DNA of 64,000 nt from the human T2T-CHM13v2.0 reference genome, Homo sapiens. Of the stretch, positions 42,175-56,352 are shown piece after piece. Positions within the stretch are counted from its first letter, which is position 1. Each line of letters begins with the position of its first letter. A program made the translations under genes and the position numbers. The stretch lies in the NCBI RefSeq assembly GCF_009914755.1, contig NC_060929.1; one strand, written 5' to 3'. The notes beneath the pieces were generated by a model. The model made no database searches. It saw nothing but the letters and a program-made list of their open reading frames with translations, and was not told where the DNA came from.

Positions 42175-42440
42175 AAGAGTGAAGGTAAACAACAAGAACA
42201 CATGGACACAAAGAGGGGAAAAACAGACACCAGGGCCTACTTGAGGGTGGAGGTAGAGAGGGGGGAGAGGGAGGTAGAGAGGGGGGAGAGGACAAAAAAA
42301 ATTACTATTGTGTACTATGCTTATTACCTGGGTGACTAAATAATTTGTACACTAAATCCCGCAAGACGCAGTTTACCTATGTGACAATCCTGCACATATA
42401 CCCCTAAACCTGAAATAAAAGTTAAAAAGAAAAAGAATAA
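42175..42440 (+). mobile_element. L1PA15/16-like 3' end
   Basis: aacacatggacacaaagagggg...gcctacttgagggtggagg...tactatgcttattacctgggtga...cctgcacatatacccctaaacctgaaataaaagtt. Confidence 0.9.
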
Positions 42441-42498
42441 AGGATTTCTTTTTTTTAAAAAAAAAAAAAAGACACAAACTTTCTTTTGTTGTTGGGAG

Positions 42499-42569
42499 GA
42501 TATACACACATATGTGTGTATGTGTGTATATGTTTGTGCATGTATGTATATGCATGTGTGTATATATAT
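42499..42569. repeat. (TA/TG)n imperfect microsatellite
   Basis: atatacacacatatgtgtgtatgtgtgtatatg... Confidence 0.85.
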
Positions 42570-44734
42570 CAGGTTAATTCTTAGAAAATTATGAATACCT
42601 CATTTTGAGACTGGCTCATTACTGGGTTCCTAGGATGACAAATTCCTTTCAATAAAAGAAATTGTTATTTTCCTGCTATATTACTAGCGACTTCCCTCCC
42701 TATCCTCCACACACCCCCAAGTCTGAGCGTTTCTCAGTTCTCTTTCGAAAGGGTATGTAATATATTTAGCAAGCGATAGCGTGGTAAGACCGTTCAACAT
42801 TCAATTCATGTCTTCAGCACCAACAGAGGAAAGGTTAGAAATATAAGCGCAGCCCCTTGTTTATTGCAATTTCACAGCTGTGGCAAATGCCACAGAACTC
42901 GGGGCTGGCAGCATGAATTAGTAAAACCTGGCAGGAATGTTTCCTTTTCCCTCGCTGCCTCATCTCTTTTCAGGGTGGCTGCCAGTTAATGCTTATAATA
43001 TGTTAATTTGTGAAAATAGAGAATACAAGGAAGGACAAGGAGAGGAGTGCTTGGGGAGAGCCGGGGAGGCAGGGTAGGGCCAGGCTGGCAAAGGAGGAAG
43101 AGATGCCAGAGAGAAGGGGGAGAAGATGAGAGAGAAGGGCAGGGGCAGAGGGAAGGGCAATGCAGTTTGGGTAGAAGGAGACTGTTCAAAGAAAGCCGTG
43201 GGGGAGGGTGGGAAGTCCTCAGACACACGAAGAAGAGGAGTCATTTCCATTCTATCTCTCTGGCAATGAGATAAGCATGATGGGAGAAGAAATATAGTGA
43301 TAATTTCCAAACTAACGAAGGAGTCAAATCTCAGTCTAGACTCTTTTTAGCAACTTGAACATTGGAAAGAGTGCTATTTGTATCAATATTAAGGCACACA
43401 TCTCCCCTTATGCCCTCATTCCTGCTTCTGGTGATAAGTTATCGCCAACATCTGCATCTATGGGTAACTCCAGAAAGGCTGGATTCCAACTCTTGAACCT
43501 TAAATTCCAACCCATCCCCCACAGGGTGTGCCACACTGGAATGGTCGGAACCTAAAGATGAGTTTAAGTAAGGGAGGTACTGGGGGTCTAGGTGGCGTGC
43601 TGACCCTCCAGAAGAGGTACTGCAGGTGGGGCCCTCATGCTGTTCCTGACATATTGAACAGTAGGGCTTCCTGCCTGTTGGCTTCCTCCCTTACCTGAGG
43701 TCTCTGCCTCTATACACAATAGCCTGCCAGCCTCCCCGCACCAGGCGGCTGCTCAACATCCATAGAAAACGCAGGAGCTGACTAGGAGAAGGGTAAAAAA
43801 GGAATGCAAAATTTGGGAAAGAAAATTGACTAGATAAATAATGGATGACAACAGGCTGTGAAATCTGAACTCTAATTTCTAGCTATTTCTCCAAACAATT
43901 CTGTCTCAGCAAGTATAACGTAACTGCTTTTGGAATAAACAATTTATTTTTCAACAAATCTTTTAGGTCCAACAAGACCTAGAACAGGGAAGTATTAACA
44001 CTGAAGTAAGCACATTGAGCTCTTTTTTCCAATTTAACAGAATTATAACTTTTGTGAAAGGCTCTGGATGAATAGCTTTGGGTAATGTCTGGGTTCACCA
44101 CGGAGCCCTGGTGTTCACACTTGGGCTGTGTGGCTTCACTCCTCCACCCTTCCAATACCTATTCTTTAAACTACCACAGGCCAAATGCCTATTTTCCAGA
44201 CCCCTCTTCTACTTTCCTATTGTGATCCAAACTCCCTCCATCTTAGTAAAACCCTAAGAAAGCCAGGAGAAAACCTTGTCTTCAGCCCACACCCCAGCTT
44301 TGCTACCACAAAAAAGGCAAACTCAGTGCCAGCTTTCATTGGCCACCTTCCTCCTGCAGAAGGGCTGTCAGAGGGCAAAGTGCCTTTCCCCATCTCCAAA
44401 CTAGCCAGACTCATTCCCAGGAACCAACCAAAGAAAAATGCTCAACTCTTCATCTTGAGCCTTTCAGTTCCATTTTCGACAGATCTGAGTTGACTTGTCA
44501 AAGGCTGAGTTACAGTTTATAGTTAAAGTTGAATTTGAAAGGAAAAAAGAAAAATAATAAAACAAGTTGTCAGATATTCTCTCCATGTGCACTGAGTTTT
44601 AAAAGCTTTCTCTGCCGATTTTTTACACCGGCCCCAAGTAGAAATAATAGATATCTCCTTTAGGAAAACCAGTCATCCAGTTGAAACTGAGCAGATTTGT
44701 GTGGAAAGAGCCCATCTGACATGAAGGATAAAGG

Positions 44735-44990
44735 CAGTATGGTATATTAGTATGAGCACAAGCTTTGGAGCCAGGGTCGTTGAGTTCAAATCTCAGGTCC
44801 ACCATTTACTACTTCTGGGACCCTGGGAAAGTTATTTAATCTATGCCTCAGTTTCTTCAACCTCTCAAAATGCAAGTGTGAGCGAAGGTATGAATTTCAC
44901 TGAGTTGGGAGGATGAAGTAAGTGGATAATTAGCTGGTACATAGTAGACTCCACTTGAATTAACCATCACTACTATTACTATGATTATTA
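44735..44990 (+). mobile_element. MIR, near full length
   Basis: gagcacaagctttggagccag...gagttcaaatctcagg...gaccctgggaaagttatttaatctatgcctcagtttcttca...ctggtacatagtagactc. Confidence 0.85.
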
Positions 44991-45924
44991 TTATTATACA
45001 TTCTTTGAAACAAGAGTGTCCAGTATGAAACTAGTCTTCCTAGTTGCTAAGAGAACTGTGTCCAGGAGGAAGGGCCCTGGGTAAGTCACTTTTTTTCCAG
45101 TTGTATTTCAACTGTGATTACTCACTACAGTAAAGAGGACAGATTAGAAAAAAAGGTGAGCAAATAATTAAATAATTAAAGTGGTACTTTCCAGCCCTGT
45201 TGGTTAAGTTTTCCTACCCAAAAACTAGAAGTTGACAGCTGCAAATTTAGGAATTCCTAAGAGGGGCTTATGCTGGGCGAAAGGAGTGCACAAAATACAG
45301 TTTTATTGATTATGTAATTGTGAGTTTAGAGTTGTATATGACACCAGCTGTCCCAATATGAAACATTTGGAGCAATAGTTGCATTTATTAGCACAGAATT
45401 GATTTACAAAACTCAAGGAGGGCACAGAATTCCTATGAACTGTAAATTAGTAAATTGCTTTTTAATCTACCATAAAAGATCACTAAAAAGTCCTTTTGAA
45501 ATCAGAGTTCTGCTAATTCAATCATGAACACATTTACCCAATGGTGCTCAAGGTAAGAGGAAATCTTAAAGGCTGCACAATTACCATTAAAAACATATAA
45601 TTTCAAAAATGATTTAGTTTAATTACAATATCAGATACAGGTATATGTTATTCTGAGGACACATTGGCCTTGACACTAATATTTGTTTTAAAAAAATGAA
45701 ATGGCACTTTTTGTGTTCTGTGTCTCTGATTGTATCCACTTCTTTGTGAGCCAACGAAGACAATAGGAAACACAATGATACTGTGGACAGCCTTAAGGCA
45801 GAGTGCATGGTGCTCCCCAGCCTTCAATGTACAGAGAGGACAAGAGGAAGAGAGGTCAAGTTGGCCTGGTGTAGGAATTGTAGGATACACCCTACATCAG
45901 AGACAGAAGGCATATAGCCCAGCA

Positions 45925-46045
45925 ATCTCCCTCCCATGTGATAGATGAGGAAACTGAGACTCAGAAAGGTGAAGTGATTTGTTTGTCTTTAGTTAGGGGC
46001 GAACATAAAGACTAGAACTCAGTTCTTTTAATTCAATGCTCTTTC
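45925..46045 (-). mobile_element. MIR fragment
   Basis: agatgaggaaactgagactcagaaaggtgaagtgatttg. Confidence 0.8.
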
Positions 46046-46053
46046 TTCTTTAC

Positions 46054-46225
46054 CAGCTGTTCTTAAACTTTAAAATACTTAAGAATTACCTAGGGACCTC
46101 GTTCAATGTGGTGATTCCTAACCCCTTCCATTCTGATCTGATAGGACTGGGATGTAGTACATTTTTAACAAATTCAGGCAATGTGACTCAATTAGATCCA
46201 GAGAGCACACTTCGAGAAATCGTGC
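46054..46225. mobile_element. MER5-family (hAT-Charlie) MITE
   Basis: cagctgttcttaaacttt...gaattacctaggga...ttctgatctgataggactggg...cacacttcgagaaa. Confidence 0.7.
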
Positions 46226-46361
46226 TTTATTCAAGTGTCTTCTGGCTTCTGATTTTCAGTTAATTAAGCTATTCAAGTAATTGATCCAGACGTGAAAGCG
46301 CTTTGAAAAGTTGTATAAATGTACCTCCAGTGTGTCCTAACTGGTACGCCTCACTCCTCAG

Positions 46362-46830
<469 letters not shown>

Positions 46831-46857
46831 ATAAAAGGTCCACCTCTCGCCCCAACT

Positions 46858-47409
46858 TGTTCTTGTTATCTATTGCTTTATTATAAACTACCACAAAAGC
46901 TTGTGCTATATAAAAACAATGACATTGTTCTATCTCATGATTTGATGGATTAAGAATTAGGTAGTACTCACCTGAGTGATTTCTTCTGTCCCGTGATGTC
47001 AGCTCCCCAGCTGAAACATCTGGAGATGAATGGGTCAGCTCAACTAGATCCATATGTCCGGGCCCCTGGTTCTTCTCAACATGGCATGTCCTGGAACTGA
47101 AATGTCCAATATGGTGCCTCCATTCACGTGACTGGCATCTGAGCTGGGATGAGTGGAACAGCTGGAGACTGGTCCATTTCCATGCAAAGTGGTACATGGT
47201 GGCTGACTTTCCCCCCATTGAGGGGTTCAAGAGACAGGAAGTGGAGGCTGCCAATCTCTTAAAACCTGGTCTCAGAAAGTGGCACAACATCACTTCCTCC
47301 ATAGATCATTGTTCATGGAATCATGGAGCCTGCCCAAATTCATGGGGAGGGAACACGGACCCCAATTTTCAACGGAGGAGGAATTTGTGGCCATCTCTAA
47401 TTAGCCACA
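46858..47409 (-). mobile_element. MLT1 (MLT1G/H-like) LTR
   Basis: tgttcttgttatctattgct...gaagtggaggctgccaatctcttaaaacctgg...gaatttgtggccatctctaattagccaca. Confidence 0.8.
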
Positions 47410-47522
47410 GAGCTTATTAACTGTGCATGGCAAATGGGTAGGTTTCTGAAGCACTTCAAGCCAGTCCATGGTCAGAGAGCCAAACTCTGAGGGCTTCATC
47501 ATAAATAATATCTGAGGTGAGA

Positions 47523-47913
47523 CACACCACCACCGCCAACTGTAAATACACGCACACCCCCCACAACCACAATTACACACACACACACCCCACCACCACA
47601 ATTACACACACACACACCCCACCACTACCACCACACACACACATACACGCACACACACACAAACACACCATACATACACACACCACCACCACACACACAC
47701 ACACACACAAACACACCACACATACACACACCACCACTACCACCACCACACACACACACAAACACACCACACACACACACCACCACCACCACCACACACA
47801 CAAACACACCATACAAACACATACCACCACTACCACCACCACACACACACACATACACGAACACACCACTTGTACACACACCACCACCGCCGCCACCACC
47901 ACTCATACACCAC
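47523..47913. repeat. Compound (CA)n/(CAC)n tandem repeat, VNTR-like
   Basis: Recurring blocks acacacac-aaacacacca(t/c)aca-caccaccacc over ~390 nt. Confidence 0.95.
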
Positions 47914-48627
47914 ATATATTTTTCTCCCAGAATGGGACTGAATTAACTACAAATGGCTCAATCTGTAAGATACTTGAAGTTAGGAGCCTGCTGTTACGCC
48001 TCCTCCTACTCTATCTTTACGCCTCCTCCTACTCTGCTCTACCTCACTTGTGTTTAAAACAGTTCTTTATACACAGTAGGTACTCAATAAATATTTGTTA
48101 ATTTTGATTTGTTAATTAAATGTTGATTAATTTAATTTTAATGTTTCAATATATGGACTCCAGAAAATATGATCAGGTATCATCGTGGCAGGATTAATAC
48201 ACTTGAACTGAAAAAGGAAATAATAATAATATCTGAGGTGAGAAAAGGGAGATTAACTGGAAAAGGCTTTATAGGAGATGGGACTCAAATTGAACCTGGA
48301 AGCCTGAATAGGGGCTGGATAAGCAGAAAGAAATGGAAAGGCATTCCAGAGCAATTTCTAGGCCTAACCGCAGTCTGGTTTTTTGTCCTATTTCTCTATC
48401 CCTCTCCACCCTGGACATTAGGTTTCCACCACACTATGAGGATACCCACATTTTAATCTTCCCATGGTAATCTCGAGGGTACATTTGCAAAGCAGAATCT
48501 GCCTTTCCGATGGAAGTTTCCGAAGAAGTTTCCCACAGGCTCACCACCATATTACGTATTCAAGGAAAATCAACAACTTTGAACTATACCAGAGAGAGTG
48601 GTTTTCTTGAATCTGTCATGTCCTATC

Positions 48628-48917
48628 TTTTTTGTTTTGTTTTGTTTTTGAGATGGAGTCTCGCTCTGCTGCCCAGGCTGGAGTGCAGTGGGGAGATCTC
48701 GGCTCACTGCGAAGTCCACCTCTCAGGTTCCAGTGATTCCCCTGTCTCAGACTCCTGAGTAGCTGGGATTACAAGTGACCACCACTATGCCTAGCTGATT
48801 TGTGTATTTTTAGTAGAGACGGGGCCAGGCTGGTCTTGAACTCCCGATCTCAAGTGATCCACCCACCTCGGCCTCCCAAAGTGCTGGAATTACAGGCGTG
48901 AGCCGCTGCGCCGGGCC
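48628..48917 (-). mobile_element. AluS with a small internal deletion
   Basis: Reverse Alu; gagacggggccaggctgg lacks tttcaccatgttg; TSD tcatgtcctatctt. Confidence 0.96.
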
Positions 48918-49984
48918 TCATGTCCTATCTTAATAGAATGGACAAGTCCAGGCTTCGAGTTTCCTCGGCTCTAACTGGAATATTACAGCCATTCTACAGG
49001 AAATCCAAAGCCCAGAATGACCCTTGGATCCAGAGAAGCAGCCAGAAATATACCATGTACAAACGTGAAATTTTTAAAAGCAGAAAACCAATTGAACATA
49101 AAGTAGGTTCCCAAATACATAGAAAATAAATGTAGACAGATAAAATATTGGAAAAAAATAAGGCATAACATTAATTATTTCTTAATTGTGAAAATAGCAT
49201 GATTTGTTCCTCTTATCTTTCACATATTTCAGTACGTTTCAGCAATGAGTGGGTGTTATTTTCAAAATCATAAGAACATTTTGGTATAAAGATCTATTTT
49301 TATTTCAAAGAAGATTCTAAGAACTTTCACATGACGATGAATTCTTCAAAAACACAGTTTTCACAAGCCCTGTCACAGATCCTTCTGGAGACCCGCATAC
49401 TTCTAGTGTTTGCCCTGACGAATGCCAGTTCTGTTCTTCAAGATTTACTTGTCAGAAAATGAAGACACACAGAATGAGTTATTTCAGCAGGAAGTGTTCC
49501 AGGATTCTGGAAACAGATGATGCTTTCTTTCAGCCTGTTGTCATTCTTCTCCTTCACCAAGATATTGTCGTCATCACTCTGGGTTTAACTCAGCTTGACA
49601 GTAGCCACACTTCCATGTTGCTCTTCATCTCTTCCTTTGGTAAAAGTCTGCAAATTGAGGCTCAGCTAACAGCTATTTCATACTAATCAGACACTGGGTC
49701 TAAATTAGAACCAAGAAAAGGTCTATGGCAAGATAGGGTGAGGCCACAGCGACATTTTATGCTCTGGATCACCCCTCATGAATGCTTACTAGGCCATTTG
49801 CTCTCCTCTTTTACAGGCGAGAGGGTTGTGGCTCTCACTACCTATCATAAACTATGGCAGCGTAACCCTTCACTTGCTTTTCTTATTCACTTCCAGTTTG
49901 TGCTGCTGCTAAAATATTCTGCTTCTCAGCTGCCAGTATCGGCGTCTAAATCATCCCCAGTCCAAGGCGCCAGCTCTTCTGGTG

Positions 49985-50215
49985 CAGAAACCACAGACTC
50001 AGCAGCCAGGATGTCATCAGCATACTCGAGATTACATCATCTCCTTCTGCCAACCTTAATACCACTATGGTAACCATCAACAGCAATACCCATGATTATT
50101 TCAGTAGAAATATTGAACAGATGTGACAGCCTTGTCAAACTCCTTTGCTGGTGTCCAACCACTCTGTTATACCTTTTGCAATTCTAAAATCTCTCTTCTG
50201 GCCATAATAGAGACA
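49985..50215 (-). mobile_element. RTE-clade LINE reverse-transcriptase fossil (MamRTE1-like)
   Basis: Minus translation LYYGQKRDFRIAKGITEWLDTSKGV*QGC / HLFNISTEIIMGIAVDGYHSGIKVGRRR*CNLEYADDILAAES: RT motifs GVRQGC, LFN and YADD in RTE/BovB context. Confidence 0.88.
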
Positions 50216-50369
50216 GCACATGCTGACCTCCCGCTAGGGAAACTGCTCCCATAGCGTCAGTTGGCATATCAAAGACTAACTACGAACACCACCTTATATA
50301 CACAGTGCTTTACAGCCTGCTAATCATTTTTGCAGACATTCTCCTTTTTGACTCTCAAGCCAGCTGAGA

Positions 50370-50490
50370 CAGCTGTGGTATAAGTTGAAAGGGCACTGGA
50401 GTTTCTGTCAGGAGTTTTGACTTTCTTGGTTGCTTACTACCTTTGAAATCTTGAGCAAATCACTCTGAGCTTGTTTTTTGTCAGTAAAAT
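50370..50490 (+). mobile_element. MIR 5' fragment
   Basis: gtggtataagttgaaagggcactggag...gtcaggag...cttgagcaaatcactctgagc. Confidence 0.6.
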
Positions 50491-50562
50491 ACTTCTTGTT
50501 CTCAACCTAACTTGAAAAACAAATGAGGTGGTACATTTAAAAATAATAAATTATGAAGATAG

Positions 50563-51365
<803 letters not shown>

Positions 51366-51861
51366 ATAAATTATAAAGCACATGAAAATCTAATTAGCAT
51401 TTCTCAGGGGAAAAACAGCCTCAGGAAGATTAAGTGACTTATGAAAGAACAGAAACTTTCAAAACGAAACAAAGAAGTTCATTCTGAGGGGAGAATGCCG
51501 GTCTTTTGACAGGCCAGGAAGGGCTTCTATCCTGCTCTGGGTAGGAATAGAAGTCTAAGCTCTTAAGATGTCACCATTCTCAGCTCTGAAATTTTGTTCT
51601 GACTCCCGTATCTCTTGCAAAACCCAATCCCCATAGCACTGTTTCCAGCCTCTTCTACTTATCAGTTCACAGCAAAAGGAAGACAAAATGATCATTTAGA
51701 ATAAGGAGGTAAAGGGTCATTGGGAGACCAGAGAACTTCTCTCTTTATCTTGTCTAAAGAAAAAGAAGGTTCCTGAATACTGAGTGATAAATTGAGAAGA
51801 TAGAAAGCTTTGTTAGAATAGAAGGGAATGAAATTAAAAAAAAAAAAAAAAAGAAATGAAA

Positions 51862-51970
51862 GCTTTGTTAGAGATGCATATCCCTCCCCAGTTCAACCGA
51901 AGCAGAATCTGCATTTTACCAAGATTCTCAGGTAATCCGTGTGCTCAGGAAAAGTTTGAGACACAGTGCT
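51862..51970. mobile_element. MER5A fragment
   Basis: tttgttagagatgcatat...agaatctgcattttaccaagattctcaggtaat...aagtttgagacacagtg. Confidence 0.7.
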
Positions 51971-52324
51971 CCGGGCCACTAGACATGTAACAGAGTCTCT
52001 CCATAATGAAAATGAGGGTGTCGGAGATGTAAACAGTAAGTCATGTTGGACCTCTTAGGCCATTTGTTCTGAGTAGAATGTTAATTTCCATCATCTTTAC
52101 CAACATCTCTGAAAAGCTTGTGAACGGTGGAGAAAGCACATGGGCTGTTCACCCAGTTACAACAAACTGCAGATATTCTTAGCCTCCATTATTCTGTACC
52201 CTGAAAACCATGATGTCACCTCTCCAGTTTCTAGTAATCTCTCTAGTTCACAGGTAAATGTCCAGCAAGGCATTATTAAATTACTAAACATCACAGCTAC
52301 TGGAATCTTTAGGAGTCATCTGGC

Positions 52325-52512
52325 CAGCGTTCCCAAATGCTATTCCACGGATCAGTTCTGAGCTAGCTACATCAAAATCACCTGGGGTGCATTTCAAAAG
52401 CAGATCCCTAGGGTGTAGAATCTTCTCATTAAGTCTGGAAAGAAGCCATGAAATATGTTTTTAAAAAGCTCTCCAGGTGATTCTAATGCACAAATTTGGA
52501 CACAATCTGTCT
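52325..52512. mobile_element. MER5-family MITE
   Basis: catcaaaatcacctggggtgc...aaaagcagat...tttttaaaaagctctccaggtgattctaatgcaca. Confidence 0.75.
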
Positions 52513-53335
52513 AGCTCTGCTCATGCATCCACAGCCACAGCCCAAATACCTTCAGAAACAGAACTTTCATTGCAGAGAGCTAATTGTCAGAAAGCTCTTT
52601 CCAACACATTGCGTCAATACCTGCCTCTATAATTTCTACCTTTTGTTCTGTCCTTTTGAGCCATACAAAATCATGTGAGTGTGTTTTTGATGTAGAATCT
52701 CTCTTTCACATGATACGACAGCTTTTCAAATGTCTGGTTCCACACACTGTGTCCATATGTCTTCTCTAATAATACTTTTTGCCTTGAAGTCTATTTTGTT
52801 TGGTAATAATGAAGCTACCAACTTTTTTCCCCTAGTCTTTTACTTTTAGTCTTACTGTTTCCTAATAATTTTGATTTGTCTGTTATAAGCAAAATACAGC
52901 TAGATTTTTAAAATTCAGTCTAATAATTTCTTTGAATTGGCAAGTTTAGGCAAATTACATACACATATTACTAATATGTTTGAAATTATTTCTACCATCT
53001 TATTCTACACTCTCTTTTATCCTATTTTTCTCTCTCTCTTCTTTTCTTTCCTGCATTCTGGCAGATGGGTTGAAGTTTCTTTGCCTTCCTTCCCTCTCCC
53101 TCCTTCTCTTCCCCAAGTGCCCTGGTTTTGGAAGTTGTATCAGCATCAGTAGGCATTTATAGAGGTTATTTTTTAAAAATTTTGAATAACATGAATATGT
53201 AACAAAATCTCAACAAGCTTTAAGAATAGTTATTATTCTTAAAAATTTGGCCCATGTGCTTACCAAAATCTAAAGTTAATCACTATCTATTCTGCCTCCT
53301 CAACAAGTCATGGAGCTTAGAACCCTTTACCTACA

Positions 53336-53671
<336 letters not shown>

Positions 53672-53689
53672 TCAATATTTTAAATTTAG

Positions 53690-54077
<388 letters not shown>

Positions 54078-54809
54078 CTGCTTCCTATTCTTTCATCTCA
54101 ATTCTTCCTTCTGGATTCAATTTTCTTATTCACTGAGGATCTATTGGTAAAATATGCTCTCAGGGTTTGTCTAAAAACATTTTCATTTTTCTCTCACTAT
54201 TGTATGATAACTTAGCTGAATGCAGAGTTCTTGGTTGACAGTTATTTTTCTGAGCACTTTGACTATATTATTAATTTTCTTATGATTTTTATTGTTGCTA
54301 TAAAGAAGTCAGCAAGTCTAAATGTAGTTCCTTTATAAGTTACCTATCTTCTTTTCTCTGAACTCATTAAATATTTTCTTTTTGACTTTGGTGTTTCACA
54401 GTTTCATTACAATGAATCTAAAAGTCTTAAATGTCTAAAGGTCTTAAACGCCTCCTGTTTGAGAGGCTAATTTTATACTAGGCATCTCAATTCTTGAAAA
54501 CAGTAATAGACTTCTTTCTGTCTCTATGGGTTGACCTGTTTATGAAAGTGGCACAGAACAAAGAATCAGAAAACCTAGGTCCTAACTAAACAAGCCCGGT
54601 AAAAATAAACAGCCTCCATTAAAAGGCTTGCACGAAAATGTGTTATAGGTGCACTCAGTAAATATCTTCAACGCTCCCATCCTATAGGAATTGTACAAGA
54701 GTCACCTCATTTTGTTCTGTGGCTGCTACATCTTTTAGTAAACTCAAGGTCTCCCTGCCTTCAAAGCACTCTAAACTGCACTCACTCTGCATCTATCACT
54801 TTTCTGACC

Positions 54810-55817
54810 GATATTGGTGACAAGACTTTAAAAGGATATGAGCTATAAAATAAATATCCATGAGTTCACACTGATGTAAATACATAATTGAATAAACAGG
54901 AGGATAGGAGGGTGGTGAGGGTTGAAAAATTACCTATTGGCTACAATGTTCACTATTCGGGTGGTGAATACACTAAAAGAGCAAGATTTCACCTCTACAC
55001 AATATTTCCGTGTAACAAAACTACACTTGTACCCTCTGAATCTATTAAAGTAAAAATAAATTAATAAATGGGGGAAAGAGATGCACTTCCTTATAGAAGA
55101 ATCCCAAATAACTTTTGTAGATATTCCTCCCTCCAGGAGGCGGAGATCAATTCTAGCACTCCCCACCCACCCCCATCTTGGCTGTGGCTGAACTTAGTGA
55201 CTTGCTTCCAAAGAACAGAATAGACAAAGGGCAGTGGGAAGGACCTTTGCAGTAGAGAAATCTGACGGTCACCACCTCAGCCAGGTGATCAAGGTTAACA
55301 TCTCCAGTGATGAATCATGGTGGTAGCAGCTACCCCTTGATGTAATGTAATGAAAAGGGCACATCTCCTCCATGGTATTCTTCCCCAGACTCCAGTTTAG
55401 TCATGAGAAAAACACTGGATGAACCCAAATTGAGGGACATCCTACAAAATACCTGATCAGTAGTTCTTAAAACTCTCAAGATCATGAAAAACAAGGAAAG
55501 ATCAACAAACTGTCATAGACCAGAGGAGACTAAGGAGACTAAATGCAAAATGTGGACTCCTGGATGGGATCTTGGAATGAAAAAAGAAAAAAAAAAAGGA
55601 TATTACTGGAAAAGCTATTGAAATCCAAATGAAGTCTGGTGTTTAGTAAATAATGTTGTTCTAATGTTGGTTTCTTAGTTTTGGCAAATGTACCATGGGT
55701 ATGTAAAATAAGAATAGGGGAAACTGGATGATGGGTGTATGGGAATTCTCTGTGTTATCTTTGCAGCTTTTCTTAAAATCTAACACTATTCCAAAATAAA
55801 AAGAGTATTTAAAAAAA
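54810..55817 (+). mobile_element. L1MC (L1MC3/4-like) 3'UTR with a nested L1PB fragment
   Basis: ttagtgacttgcttccaaagaac, ccaggtgatcaaggttaacatc, cccaaattgagggacatcctacaaaatacctga, gggaattctctgtgttatctttgcagc. Confidence 0.88.
54897..55060 (+). mobile_element. L1PB-like 3' end
   Basis: gggttgaaaaattacctattggctacaatgttcactattcggg...gtaacaaaactacacttgtaccc. Confidence 0.85.
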
Positions 55818-55819
55818 CA

Positions 55820-56346
55820 CTATCCAAAGAATTGAAAACAGGTATTCAAATAAATGCTTACATATGAATGTTGGTAACAGCAGTATTCATGATAATCAAA
55901 GGTTACAACAACCCAAATGTCCATCAATGGATAAATGGATAAACAAAATGTGGTTTTTCTATACAATAGAATATTATTCAGTCATAAAAAGGAAAGAAGT
56001 ATTGATACATGCTACGATGTGAATGAATCTAGAAAACATCATGCTAAATGAAAGGAGTCAGATACACAAAGTCACATATTATATAACTCCATTTATATGA
56101 AATATCCAGAATAGATCAATCCATACAGAAAGCAGATTGGTGGTTGTCAAGGGCTGGGAGGAGGGGAAAAAGGGGAAGTTACTGCTTACAATGTATGGGC
56201 TTTTTGAGGGGGTAATAAAAATGTTTTGGAACTAGACAGAGGTTGTAGTAGTACAACATTGTAAATGTATTAAACGCCACTGAATTGTTCAGTTTAAATA
56301 GTTAATTTTATGTTATGTGAATTTCACTTCAATTGAAAAAAAAAAA
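55820..56346 (+). mobile_element. L1MB 3' region
   Basis: aagaattgaaaacaggtattcaaa...caacccaaatgtccatcaatgga...aatgttttggaactagacagagg...gtgaatttcacttcaat. Confidence 0.9.
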
Positions 56347-56352
56347 GAATAT

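Noticed and set aside
47517-48101. Longest ORF (194 aa, His/Thr-rich) and its antisense Val/Cys ORFs
   Set aside because: Produced by the stop-free CA/CAC repeat
49738-50073. 111-aa plus-strand ORF
   Set aside because: Partly antisense to the RTE fossil, non-ATG start, no protein similarity that I recognise
54416-54450. Imperfect 17-bp tandem duplication tctaaa(a/g)gtcttaaa
   Set aside because: Ordinary slippage at the edge of an L1 fragment
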